From positions 1-64,000 of the forward strand of contig JBEKTQ010000012.1 of NCBI GenBank assembly GCA_049515895.1: 64,000 nucleotides of DNA. Reading direction: 5' to 3'. Origin of the DNA: Candidatus Bathyarchaeia archaeon. GTDB lineage: Archaea; Thermoproteota; Bathyarchaeia; Bathyarchaeales; Bathycorpusculaceae. The notes under the pieces are model-generated. The model saw nothing but the letters and a program-made list of their open reading frames with translations, made no database searches and was not told the DNA's origin. Shown piece by piece: positions 29,627 through 39,018 of this stretch. The position numbers and the translations under genes were made by a program. Each line of letters starts with the position of its first letter. Within the stretch, counting starts at the first letter, position 1.

Positions 29627-31492
29627 TTAAGCGGGCAACTCTAAATCGCGTTTGTTTATCCATCTTTCAAACCAGACCCCAAAAAGAAAGAGCCTAATTT
29701 TGTAGCGACCGTATAGTTTGTTCTTTTTTCTAAGAACTTTTTCGTTAAAAAACTTGGATAATTCTGGGTCTATTTCATTTAAACGATCAGCACTTTGTTT
29801 CAAGTACGTTGCATATCTTTCATCTAATATCCAATCTTGCAATGGGGGATCAAATCCCCTTTTGCCCCGATGTCGTATCTCATCTGGGACAATGCCTTTC
29901 GTTATCTCTTTCAAAAGTTTTTTTGATTTGAATAGATCAACTTGCAGCTCTGTTGGTATTCGCTGAGAGAATTCGGCGAATCGGTAATCCAGAAAAGGGC
30001 TTCGAACCTCTAAGGCGTAAGCCATTGAAGCTCTATCCACCTTTTCTAGGTAATTATCAGGCAAAGTATTAAACAGCATATCATATAATCGTAGAACATC
30101 GGCAAAGTTATCTGCACCGGATTCCATAGATATTTTCAGTTTGTCCTTTGTCCATTCTTTGTAAATGTTAGGAAGGAATAAGTCAGTCTCTAAGGCATTT
30201 GCAAAGAAAAGCGTCGGATCATAAAGTGACACTTGAAAACCCTTTTTTAGCAGATATAAAGAAACATATCCATTGAGGTTTTCATTTGCAGGGATTTTCG
30301 ATAAAAGAACTCTCAAGGATCGTGGGATTTTCCGAATCATTTGCATTCTGTATCCGATCAAATAGACAGGATATCCGCCGAACATTTCGTCACCGCCGTC
30401 ACCGCTTAGCGCTACAGTAACGTGTTCTCGGGCCATCTTGCTAAGTGTTAATGTGGGAAATGCTGAGTAATCAGCGAGCGGTTCATCAAAAATAAACGCA
30501 TATGTATCAATTAGTTTTTCAAAATCATCTTGTACAAAATAACTATGATGATGTTTACTATGAAAATAGCCCTTGGCAATATTGATGAATGGCGTTTCAT
30601 CATATTTTCCTTCAAAGCCTATTGAGAAAGTATGAAGATTTTTGACATTTGTAAATTCACTCATGGTTCCTACTGTCGTAGTCGAATCTAGTCCTCCACT
30701 TAAGAAAGCACCAATCGGCACATCAGCAATCATGCGCAGTCTAACCGCATTCTTCAGCAGTTCCCTGCCTTCTTCAATAAGTTTTTTGGAGTTATACTCA
30801 GGCTCGTATTTTGGAATTTTGTAATAGTACCATTTTTCGGTCTTTTTAGTTTTGAGATCAAAAACTAGGTTCTGCCGAGCTTCAAGTTTGTACACATTAT
30901 TGTAAATGGTATATGGAGATGGAATAAAGCCCAACGTAAAATAAAGATTCAATGCGTCTACGTTAATATTTTCTTTCCTATTCAAGGAAAGATTATCATG
31001 AGTTAATATTCCTTTTAATTCTGAACTGAAAATAAATTTGCCTTGATCAAGAAAATAATGGAAGGGTTTAACTCCTAATCTATCTCTAGAGCAGAAAAGA
31101 ATTATTTTACTGCGATCAAAAATAACGAATGCCCACATTCCATTAAAATGATTTACACAATCGAAACCCCATTCTAAATAGCTTGCCAATATAACCTCTG
31201 TGTCTGTTCTTGAATTGAAAGTGTATCCTTTGCTTTCCAAATCTTTTCTTATGGTCTCGAAATTATAGATTTCCCCGTTGAAAACAATTATCGATGATTT
31301 GCCATTATGCTCATACACCATCGGTTGGTGTCCAGCTTTACTTAAATCTATAATGGCAAGTCGAACATGTCCCAGAGTTACGTTTTCATCAGCAAAAACA
31401 CCTTCATCATCTGGACCCCTGTGCTTTATTGCTTTATTCATAACTTCCGCTCGATGTTTATCAACGAAATTGAACCCGTTAATACCACACAC
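29627..31492 (-). CDS. asnB: Asparagine synthase (glutamine-hydrolysing) family amidotransferase, probably glycan-modifying
   Basis: MCGI N-terminal Cys, HRGPD, FNGEIYN, LSGGLDS, SGDGGDE, EVRSPFLD. Confidence 0.93.
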   Translation of the reverse strand: MCGINGFNFVDKHRAEVMNKAIKHRGPDDEGVFADENVTLGHVRLAIIDLSKAGHQPMVYEHNGKSSIIVFNGEIYNFETIRKDLESKGYTFNSRTDTEVILASYLEWGFDCVNHFNGMWAFVIFDRSKIILFCSRDRLGVKPFHYFLDQGKFIFSSELKGILTHDNLSLNRKENINVDALNLYFTLGFIPSPYTIYNNVYKLEARQNLVFDLKTKKTEKWYYYKIPKYEPEYNSKKLIEEGRELLKNAVRLRMIADVPIGAFLSGGLDSTTTVGTMSEFTNVKNLHTFSIGFEGKYDETPFINIAKGYFHSKHHHSYFVQDDFEKLIDTYAFIFDEPLADYSAFPTLTLSKMAREHVTVALSGDGGDEMFGGYPVYLIGYRMQMIRKIPRSLRVLLSKIPANENLNGYVSLYLLKKGFQVSLYDPTLFFANALETDLFLPNIYKEWTKDKLKISMESGADNFADVLRLYDMLFNTLPDNYLEKVDRASMAYALEVRSPFLDYRFAEFSQRIPTELQVDLFKSKKLLKEITKGIVPDEIRHRGKRGFDPPLQDWILDERYATYLKQSADRLNEIDPELSKFFNEKVLRKKNKLYGRYKIRLFLFGVWFERWINKRDLELPA

Positions 31493-31577
31493 TCAATAAG
31501 CCTCCAATAATAGTAGCAGGGTTAGTAAATCACAAATTGCCGAAGCAGCACCCTTCATATTTTAGACGTTTTCGAAT

Positions 31578-32636
31578 TTACGGGCCGCGCTGGGTTTTCC
31601 AGCTTATCTTGCTCGGAGTAAACAATGCAATGAATAGACTCAGTTCTCTGTACAAGTAGCCGAAAACCGCTATTCTTACTTTTGGAATTAATAAGAAGAG
31701 CAATAATAATAACAAAAACCAGTACTTCACCATTACAAATGGAAGGAGAATAAGAAGTATAACTGTAAAAAATGGCGAGATTATATAATTATATAATGAA
31801 AAAGGATATATTATTTTTCCAAAATATCCAAAACGACCTAACACACCGATATTCTGCATGACTCTGCTAGTCAAGCCTCTACCTCGACGGATCTCTTGCC
31901 TCGCCCGCACAACAGCTGATTTGCTAATGTACTCAGACACTAATGCGTTGGGTTCATATACTGCTCTATATCCTAATCGTCTTACTTTGTAGGCTATGCA
32001 AATATCGTCGCAGTTCGTGTTTGTATCAATTTTAAACCGTTGAACCAGTTCGCCTCTGATTGCCATCAGCGGTCCGTTAAAAACTGAACACGAATCCAGG
32101 TTAGACTCCGCTTTTCGCCACATTTCGGTTAAGTTTCGGTACATTTCTTCTTCTTTCTGCATTGTGTTACTTCGTCCTCTTGTTACCAGTTTTCCAGTGA
32201 CTGCCCCCACAGATGGATCATTAAAATTTGAAATCAATTTACAAATTGAATTTTCTTGGAGCAACGCATCTGCATCAGTGACCACGATAATATCTGCGTT
32301 AAGCTTATCAAATATCCAGTTAAGGGCTTTTCCCTTTCCCTTGCCGGCAAGACTTTTCCAAACAAACAAATTCTCTAAGTTATGATTGCGATGGTATTCT
32401 TCGGCTAACCCGAAAGTATTGTCAGTACTGCTATCATCTAAAACATATACGTTCGATTCGTTGTTGAATGAAAGAGCATTAAAAGAGTTATCAAGTTTTT
32501 CGATAATTACCCGCTCTTCATTATAACAAGGTATAACGAGAGCTATCTTGAAAGATGATGTTTCCGCTTTTGAAATGCCAGAAGTTCGTCTTGACGCCCA
32601 GAAGGCAAACATATTAAAAAGAATAAACTCGGCCAC
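31578..32636 (-). CDS. Family 2 glycosyltransferase (IcaA-like); frame stays open to ~32681
   Basis: IPCYNEE, DDSSTD, TDAD, C-DD, QEIRR, C-terminal TM helices. Confidence 0.9.
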   Translation of the reverse strand: MAEFILFNMFAFWASRRTSGISKAETSSFKIALVIPCYNEERVIIEKLDNSFNALSFNNESNVYVLDDSSTDNTFGLAEEYHRNHNLENLFVWKSLAGKGKGKALNWIFDKLNADIIVVTDADALLQENSICKLISNFNDPSVGAVTGKLVTRGRSNTMQKEEEMYRNLTEMWRKAESNLDSCSVFNGPLMAIRGELVQRFKIDTNTNCDDICIAYKVRRLGYRAVYEPNALVSEYISKSAVVRARQEIRRGRGLTSRVMQNIGVLGRFGYFGKIIYPFSLYNYIISPFFTVILLILLPFVMVKYWFLLLLLLFLLIPKVRIAVFGYLYRELSLFIALFTPSKISWKTQRGP

Positions 32637-32841
32637 TTGAATAGAAAGAATAATTGCAAAAATTTCTACAACAAGTTCGATATAGCTTCACCTTTAGCTT
32701 TCTTTAAACCAGATATAAAATACTCAGGAATAAATATTTAAACGACTTGAAAATTCAGGTTGACCCGGAACATTGCTTAACCGAATGACCATTGAATATT
32801 GCTGTGCTACATTTGAGATTAGAGTTAGCAACAAATAGGGC

Positions 32842-33441
32842 TTATGAATTTCTTGTAAGATTCAGTTGAAGGTCATCAAAACGGCTGTCAAACTGGATCG
32901 AATTAGATTGGAGGTTGTATCTCCACAATTCAAAGAGTAGTTGATATGCGAATGTGGATCTATTTGAATCCCACATCGCGGGCTTATCCACATTAAAATC
33001 CACATTGTTTAATTGTAAAGTGTTTATCTGTGAATTATTTCCTGAGATTGAAGCGCTAGAAACTGAAAAATTCAAGAGACTTTCCCAATTCAGGCCATCT
33101 TGAATGGAAAACCTATATTCAAATAAGGGCTGAAGAGAACTCGGCGTTCCAAGGGTATCATTTGGCATTTGATCAGTTTCATTACCAAGCTTCACATACA
33201 AAACATAGTAAGCTGAAGACCCCAACTGGTTTCCTACACTTACATAAACTGAGTAATTCTGGCCGACAGCAATGTTAGATGGGTAATTTTCAGCCATCTG
33301 GTTTGGACCTAAAAGATAAAGCTCAGAAAACTGCTCTCCGCCTGGAAGGCGAATAGCACTGTAAAGCGCGGGAGTTGTAATGAGCAAAACTCCAATTAAG
33401 CCCACAGCGATGAAAATTACTTTATAATCTCCAAGCTTCAT
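32842..33441 (-). CDS. DUF1616-type extracellular domain protein
   Basis: N-terminal TM, EQFSELYLLGP..NYP signature. Confidence 0.8.
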   Translation of the reverse strand: MKLGDYKVIFIAVGLIGVLLITTPALYSAIRLPGGEQFSELYLLGPNQMAENYPSNIAVGQNYSVYVSVGNQLGSSAYYVLYVKLGNETDQMPNDTLGTPSSLQPLFEYRFSIQDGLNWESLLNFSVSSASISGNNSQINTLQLNNVDFNVDKPAMWDSNRSTFAYQLLFELWRYNLQSNSIQFDSRFDDLQLNLTRNS

Positions 33442-33448
33442 TAGTCGT

Positions 33449-33895
33449 TCAACTCGGGTTTTGCTTTATATAACTCTTGATATAACTCCGCTTGAACCAA
33501 TACCAAACCAGAAACAAAGCCAGAACGAAATCAAAAGCACCAATCACGGTATACGTAATGGTGAGCCAAAAGGCGTTTTGACCAGAAACAATAGCGGTTT
33601 GTTTGGCGTTTTGAGCGGCGGTTGTTACTTCTTGTGCAATTGGGAGAGCGCTGTCTGCTAGGGCTGCGGCTGCGTTGGAATCTCCAGTTCGGTATGAGTT
33701 CTCCGCTTGAGCCAAGTCGCCTTCAGCAATATTTAGTTGAACCAGTAAACCAGTAGCGTTTGCGCCTGCTTTTTCAGCGTCCAAAACAGCATTGAAAGCT
33801 CCATCTATAGCAGTGTTGGCTGCTTGCAGTTTCGACGCAGTTTGGTCAGCTTGGGCAAAAACATAATGCCCACTGTAAAGGCAGGTGCCAAACAC
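33449..33895 (-). CDS. Membrane-anchored helical protein (both ends probably affected by 1-nt indels)
   Basis: AFNAVLDAEKAGAN helical bundle plus C-terminal TM; hydrophobic signal continues upstream with no in-frame start. Confidence 0.7.
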   Translation of the reverse strand: MFGTCLYSGHYVFAQADQTASKLQAANTAIDGAFNAVLDAEKAGANATGLLVQLNIAEGDLAQAENSYRTGDSNAAAALADSALPIAQEVTTAAQNAKQTAIVSGQNAFWLTITYTVIGAFDFVLALFLVWYWFKRSYIKSYIKQNPS

Positions 33896-34165
33896 CAGGA
33901 AAAAGAAAAGAGTAACGACGAAAAGTTTACAGCATTTTTTTATTTGTTGTTGCCCCCAAGCTAAATGTTACTTTACGTTGATGTCAGTGTTTGGTTTAGG
34001 TTTTAGACAGAGCTGTTCAAGGGAGCAATTTTATTTAATTCTCTAAGCCGCCAACATAGGGAGCTTAACGGTCACTTGTGAAACACAGATTTACAACAAA
34101 ACCTCAAAACATTCAATCTTTACAAAGCAACTTAAAGTTCCAAAGGAAGTTGACCTGGAATCTTT

Positions 34166-34963
34166 TCAAGAGGTCTCCCGTAGCTCGCTACTGCCAGTTG
34201 AGAGTGTATGCGCAGGTTTTGAGGAAATATTAGTGGAGTTTAAGCGGCTCTTTCTCTTTGAAACGTCAGTTCTAAAGAAAATGGCGAGCAGCTTGGCGAG
34301 ACTCTTAACGCCGTCAAAGTATACTAATTTGGAAACGCCATAGTTTCGGTAAGAATATGGAATGTGAACCTCGGTGAATCTTCGAGAACGATTGAAACCC
34401 AAGCAGGTTATTTCAATCTCAACGGCAAAGCCATTTTCTTTTAGCTTTACAGAATCAAGAACCGACCGTCTGAATGCTTTTTGCCCCGTCATAATATCGG
34501 TGATTTCTACGTTATACATCAATCGCGTAACCATGGATAAAATGCGGTTTCCCCAGAAGTGAGCAATACTCATCCCTTCAGGTTTACTTCTAAACCTTGT
34601 ACCGTAGATTATGTCCATTGAACCATCGGCTATTGGTTTCACCAAAGATGGAAGACAATCGGGCAGGTATTCTAAATCTGCATCCTGAATTACAAGAATC
34701 TGGCCATGCGAGCTTTTTATACCAGTGCGTATTGCTGCGCCTTTGCCCATGTTATGTTCATGCCGAATATACTTTACTATGGGAAACGCAGCAACTTTTT
34801 CACCAGTGCGATCTGTTGAGCCATCGTCTACAACTATAATTTCCACGTTGCCCATGGACCCGCTCACGTTGACTACTCTTTGTAAGACCTCGCCAATGGT
34901 TTCTTCTTCACAGTAGGCAGGTATAATGACGCTTACATCAGGGATCGATGCTTGTTCCAGCAT
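34166..34963 (-). CDS. Family 2 glycosyltransferase, dolichol-phosphate-mannose synthase-like
   Basis: VSVIIPAY, VDDGSTD, NMGKG, QDADLEY, GFAVEIE; start taken at MLEQ. Confidence 0.9.
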   Translation of the reverse strand: MLEQASIPDVSVIIPAYCEEETIGEVLQRVVNVSGSMGNVEIIVVDDGSTDRTGEKVAAFPIVKYIRHEHNMGKGAAIRTGIKSSHGQILVIQDADLEYLPDCLPSLVKPIADGSMDIIYGTRFRSKPEGMSIAHFWGNRILSMVTRLMYNVEITDIMTGQKAFRRSVLDSVKLKENGFAVEIEITCLGFNRSRRFTEVHIPYSYRNYGVSKLVYFDGVKSLAKLLAIFFRTDVSKRKSRLNSTNISSKPAHTLSTGSSELRETS

Positions 34964-35191
34964 AAAGTCTAGGACTCCATTAAGTTGGGCAGATAAAAAA
35001 ACTACTTTTTGTCCAAAGACGCAACAATCGGTTTTTGTTAAAACAAACAAAGAAGACAAAAAAAAAATAACACGTTGAAGGTTCAAAACAAAATTTTAAG
35101 ACTAAAATTGAAAGCAAATATTTAGGTCTAAAGCAAACGGGCGATTCGCAGCCTTCCAAAATATTTTACAGAACCATAAAAAAATAGAGAG

Positions 35192-35929
35192 CTATACCAA
35201 GGCGTTTCGCTTCGTTTTTCCCCTAAAATAAGCATCAGCTCTTCGCAAGTGCTCCAAGTTTCCTACATCGTACCAGTTGTTTTGAGTAGCGAAAGAGTAA
35301 ACTCGTTCTTTTGCCTTTAACATTTTAGGAATACCATTGCTTGCAATGTCTTCGCCGGGCTCAAAATATTTCATAACTCTGGGTTCAAAAACTGCCATGC
35401 CGATCCAAGAAGGCTTTTCCAATTTAGGCTTTTCCATGAAATCTTTTACTGCGCCGTTTTTCCCTATTTTCAAAATTCCAACTGGAAGTTTAAGCTCCAT
35501 GGTAAACGGAAGTGTTGCAGCAGCTTTCTTTGCCCTGTGGAAACTCACAAGATCCTTAAAAGATACTTCAGTTAGGTCGTCGCCGTATCTCAAAATGAAA
35601 GTATCAGTGATAAAGCCATTACCTTGCGCACATAAAAGTTCGTCAACCGTGCCTTTTGTTTCAGAATTGACGCTGAACTTTATGTCGAGATCCCTGAATT
35701 CATACCTATAGTTTAATTCATCCTTTTTGTTTATGCATAAAACAATGTCATCAAAACCTTGGGAGAGGGCATCTTCAATTATCCATCTCACACAAGGTTT
35801 CCCAGCTACAGGAATCAGACATTTAGGAATTACGCTAGAAAATGGAAATAAACGCTCTCCTTTCCCGCCAGCCAAAACTAGAAATTTTACGTCACTTTTC
35901 ATTTCATCAAACTCCTTTCTCGCGTGCAA
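35192..35929 (-). CDS. Sugar-1-phosphate nucleotidyltransferase
   Basis: LAGGKGERL..PKCL, YGDD, EKP, WYDVG. Confidence 0.92.
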   Translation of the reverse strand: MHARKEFDEMKSDVKFLVLAGGKGERLFPFSSVIPKCLIPVAGKPCVRWIIEDALSQGFDDIVLCINKKDELNYRYEFRDLDIKFSVNSETKGTVDELLCAQGNGFITDTFILRYGDDLTEVSFKDLVSFHRAKKAAATLPFTMELKLPVGILKIGKNGAVKDFMEKPKLEKPSWIGMAVFEPRVMKYFEPGEDIASNGIPKMLKAKERVYSFATQNNWYDVGNLEHLRRADAYFRGKTKRNALV

Positions 35930-36246
35930 TCATGATGCTTAGACGATCACGATTCTTACCCAACACAACCACCCTTGCAAACGGGCAAGCTAAAATGAAA
36001 CATCAAAGTCACAGCTATCCAATCCCCTTCTGACGAAGGCAGATGCGAAGCGGAAGCTACCCTAACTGGACTTTAAGTCTCTATTTCCCTTCTCCTCAAG
36101 CGGTAAACCCAATCTTTCACTGCAAACCCTTAAAAGACTTCTGCATAAACGAGCCGTAGCAGTATCAGCTCTATCCACAAGAATCCCCGAAAGAGCCTGT
36201 CCTTGCACGCTGAAAAAACTTGTGTTAAACCGCTCAGAATCCGCGT

Positions 36247-36987
36247 TTAATACTCTGTTTCCAATATTATGCGCCTCAAAATTTCAGAGCCATGCTTAAT
36301 TCCCAGTTTCTTCTCGCCTAATCTTGCTCGATATAAAATAGGAATTTCCTCGATGCGAAAACCTTTTCGTTCCACATGATGATTAAGCTCTACCTCGACG
36401 TCAAAGCCTTTGGATTTCACCTTCCAGTCTCTAAGAATTCCCGCACGCACGACACGCAACCCTGTCAACGGATCCTTTAATGAAACTCCGTTTAGTAAGT
36501 TATGAATAAAAGCAATCATACGGTTTCCAAAGTAAAGTATGTCATGCATCTCGTTGAGCGGATAGCTATTGTTAAACCTGTTTCCGCAGACCATGCCCAC
36601 ATCAGGGTTCTCCTCTAAAATCCGAATCATCAAAGGAACGTATTCAGCAGGGTAAGTGTAATCTGCGTCTGTGATGACAACGTAATCAGCTGTTAAATCC
36701 GAATGATTAAGGCCTTTCGCCAACGCGTCGCCTTTGCCAAGTCCATCCTGGAAAACTACGTCGGCGCCAAGGTTCTTGGCAGTCTCGACGGTTCGATCAG
36801 TGCTTTTGCCATCAACTACCAAAATCCGAGGATACTTTAAAGTCTTGGTAAGCTCGGTTATAGTGAGGCCTATGCCTTCTTCCTCGTTCAACGCAGCTAT
36901 AATAACCTGCATCGAAGGAATACGCAGAATTTTTCCGGTCGCCACTTTTTCACCAATTAAGAAACAATCATGTGCGCTAAAACACAT
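36247..36987 (-). CDS. Family 2 glycosyltransferase, DPM/DPG synthase-like
   Basis: AALNEE, VDGKSTD, GKG, TDADYTY, GFDVEVE. Confidence 0.92.
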   Translation of the reverse strand: MCFSAHDCFLIGEKVATGKILRIPSMQVIIAALNEEEGIGLTITELTKTLKYPRILVVDGKSTDRTVETAKNLGADVVFQDGLGKGDALAKGLNHSDLTADYVVITDADYTYPAEYVPLMIRILEENPDVGMVCGNRFNNSYPLNEMHDILYFGNRMIAFIHNLLNGVSLKDPLTGLRVVRAGILRDWKVKSKGFDVEVELNHHVERKGFRIEEIPILYRARLGEKKLGIKHGSEILRRIILETEY

Positions 36988-36993
36988 TTTTTG

Positions 36994-37389
36994 TTAGCCA
37001 ACACACTGTTCAGGGTGGTTCTTGTTGTTCATGCACATGCTTTCCAGATGCAGCCTGCTCTTCTCGGTCTCGACCACTTGTTCGCCTAGTCGCCGTGTTC
37101 GCGTTAGATATTCAGTGTGAGTTTGAAGAAACTCCTTTCCTTTAGGAGTGATCAAATAGAAAGCGCCGTCAAAAGACTCAACCAAACCGTTTTCCAATAG
37201 GCTTTGAAGGTACCGTTCGACTTGAACAAAACTCAAGTTGGCCTGATACATGATCCTGGTCTTCCGCGCCTTCACGGATGCAATAACAAGTATCTCGCCA
37301 ACAATATCCAATTTGCCTCGATTCTTTTTCTTTCCATTTCCAAAAGGAACTGACAGAACAAACACCTCTGCATTACTTTGAAAAACCAA
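36994..37389 (-). CDS. Archaeal winged-helix DNA-binding protein
   Basis: R..LDIVGEIL..KTRIMYQANLS..YL..L..YLITPKGKEFL. Confidence 0.88.
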   Translation of the reverse strand: MVFQSNAEVFVLSVPFGNGKKKNRGKLDIVGEILVIASVKARKTRIMYQANLSFVQVERYLQSLLENGLVESFDGAFYLITPKGKEFLQTHTEYLTRTRRLGEQVVETEKSRLHLESMCMNNKNHPEQCVG

Positions 37390-37442
37390 CTATCCAAGAA
37401 GAACTCTGAAAAGAAATTTTCGAAAACCACTTGGGCTCTTGG

Positions 37443-37832
37443 CTACAGGTGGAGCCAACCTCTGCCACTTTTTTTAATCTGCGCGTTTTTCCCACGGCGT
37501 TGAGGCCACCACATCTCAGCTCTAAATTTCTGAGCGCGAGTCTGCTTGTTTAACACTGTGCTGGCAAACTTTTTCCATCCGCCCTCTGAAGGATGTGGAC
37601 CAAAAACCCGCTCGATATTCTGAACATTGTAAGAACTTAAAATCTCCTTCAGATTCAACGCTTTAAAATCTCTGGTGGCCACAATCACGGTGCCCCGCTC
37701 TACAGCCAACAACGAAAAACTCCGATCCGCCATGCCTTCTGCGCGGACCTTGTCGTCGATACGGTCTCGCCAAAGCAACTTCCACTCCTCTTTAACTTTC
37801 TGCGCTTCAACCTTTGGAACTTCGGCATTCAT
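37443..37832 (-). CDS. Hypothetical protein (start probably MNAEVP)
   Basis: WRDRIDDKVRAEG..ERGTVIVATR..GRGWLH, protein-like composition. Confidence 0.6.
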   Translation of the reverse strand: MNAEVPKVEAQKVKEEWKLLWRDRIDDKVRAEGMADRSFSLLAVERGTVIVATRDFKALNLKEILSSYNVQNIERVFGPHPSEGGWKKFASTVLNKQTRAQKFRAEMWWPQRRGKNAQIKKSGRGWLHL

Positions 37833-38130
37833 TCTCGTTACCACTGTCCTATCCCCCCGTGATTCGGAGCGGAGCGGACTGTAGATTCCGTCTTCACTAA
37901 TCAAGAAGCATAGCATTCCAATTTTATAAAACATGTAGGACCTTAAGTAGAGACCAAAGAGCATACTCCAAAAGTAGGGTCCACAGGTACAGCTCAAAAG
38001 TACTAGTTATTCACCGGATTTCTTCTAGAAAAACAGGGTCGAAAAGTACAGAAAAAAAACAGGTTAAGGCGCTATTACACGTTCTACTTGATTTAAATGC
38101 GTTTCCGCTGATATTGAGCTAAGAAAACTC

Positions 38131-38346
38131 TTGACGATTGAAAAATTCTTCAAAATCCTCAAAGACGGAGAATGGCACGACTTAACCGACCTATCAGTCC
38201 AAATCGAGGTGCAAACAAACAAACTGACCGAGCTCTCACAGTTCCTATCCAAACACGGCGTCATCATATACGAAGAGAAAGCTCACAGAATCAAAATCGA
38301 ACCCGAATGGCAAAACCTTCTCCCAGACGAAATCGAAGCCACGTGA
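38131..38346 (+). CDS. Small wHTH protein
   Basis: ILKDGEWHDLTDL..FLSKHGVI. Confidence 0.75.
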   Translation: MTIEKFFKILKDGEWHDLTDLSVQIEVQTNKLTELSQFLSKHGVIIYEEKAHRIKIEPEWQNLLPDEIEAT

Positions 38347-38483
38347 CGAACAATTATTCCGTCTGAAAGACTGTCAAAACTTAATATGCTCAGATCAGCA
38401 ACATCAGCAAAACCAAATCAGAGGTTAGTATCTGAAGCAATAGGGGAATTTAAGAAGTAGTCACGCGCGCTGGACTTAACCTT

Positions 38484-38538
38484 TTTCGGGTCGTAACCTT
38501 ATGGGACCCAAACTATTTCGGGTCGTAAGCTTATGGGA
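38484..38538. repeat. Two 23-bp direct repeats (32-bp period) inside inverted GCGCGCTG ends
   Basis: TTTCGGGTCGTAACCTTATGGGA / TTTCGGGTCGTAAGCTTATGGGA. Confidence 0.85.
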
Positions 38539-39018
38539 TTGTAACACTATATTTTTTCGCGGGTTATTTATTTCTGTCGCATAGAGTCAAGAGTTTGCTG
38601 AATTTTCAGCGCGCATTTCTTGCTTCTTTTGATTGGCTTTTCTAACCACATTTTGTGCATGATTCCTATATTTCAAAACCTTTCCAGCATACTTAGTTTC
38701 TTTATGTTTATTCTCTCAAACAGCGGGCGTAAGTCGGACCGACTTGCCCCAAACGGGTACGAGCCCCTACTCCATGGATTACACGGTTGCGCCTCTCTTC
38801 AAATTCTTATCGTAGTACTCGCGCCGGAAGGGGGATCCTAGCCCCAATTTGCCATGAAAATCGTTGGGTTAACCATAGATATTTTCATGCCACTTCTATT
38901 GAAGTTTGCTTCATGAGCTTTACCAGTAAAAATCGGATTGCGCGGCTATTTTATATTCTATTGCAAATCTTGGATGAAATTTGCTCTACGATGAGCCAGT
39001 TAATTTGGTTTTGCGCCT

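Noticed and set aside
29627-31492. asnB-like gene as a lasso-peptide cyclase
   Set aside because: Intact N-terminal Cys glutaminase domain, no adjacent precursor or B protein, glycosyltransferase context.
38484-38538. Mini-CRISPR
   Set aside because: Only two repeats with a 9-nt gap, too short for a spacer.
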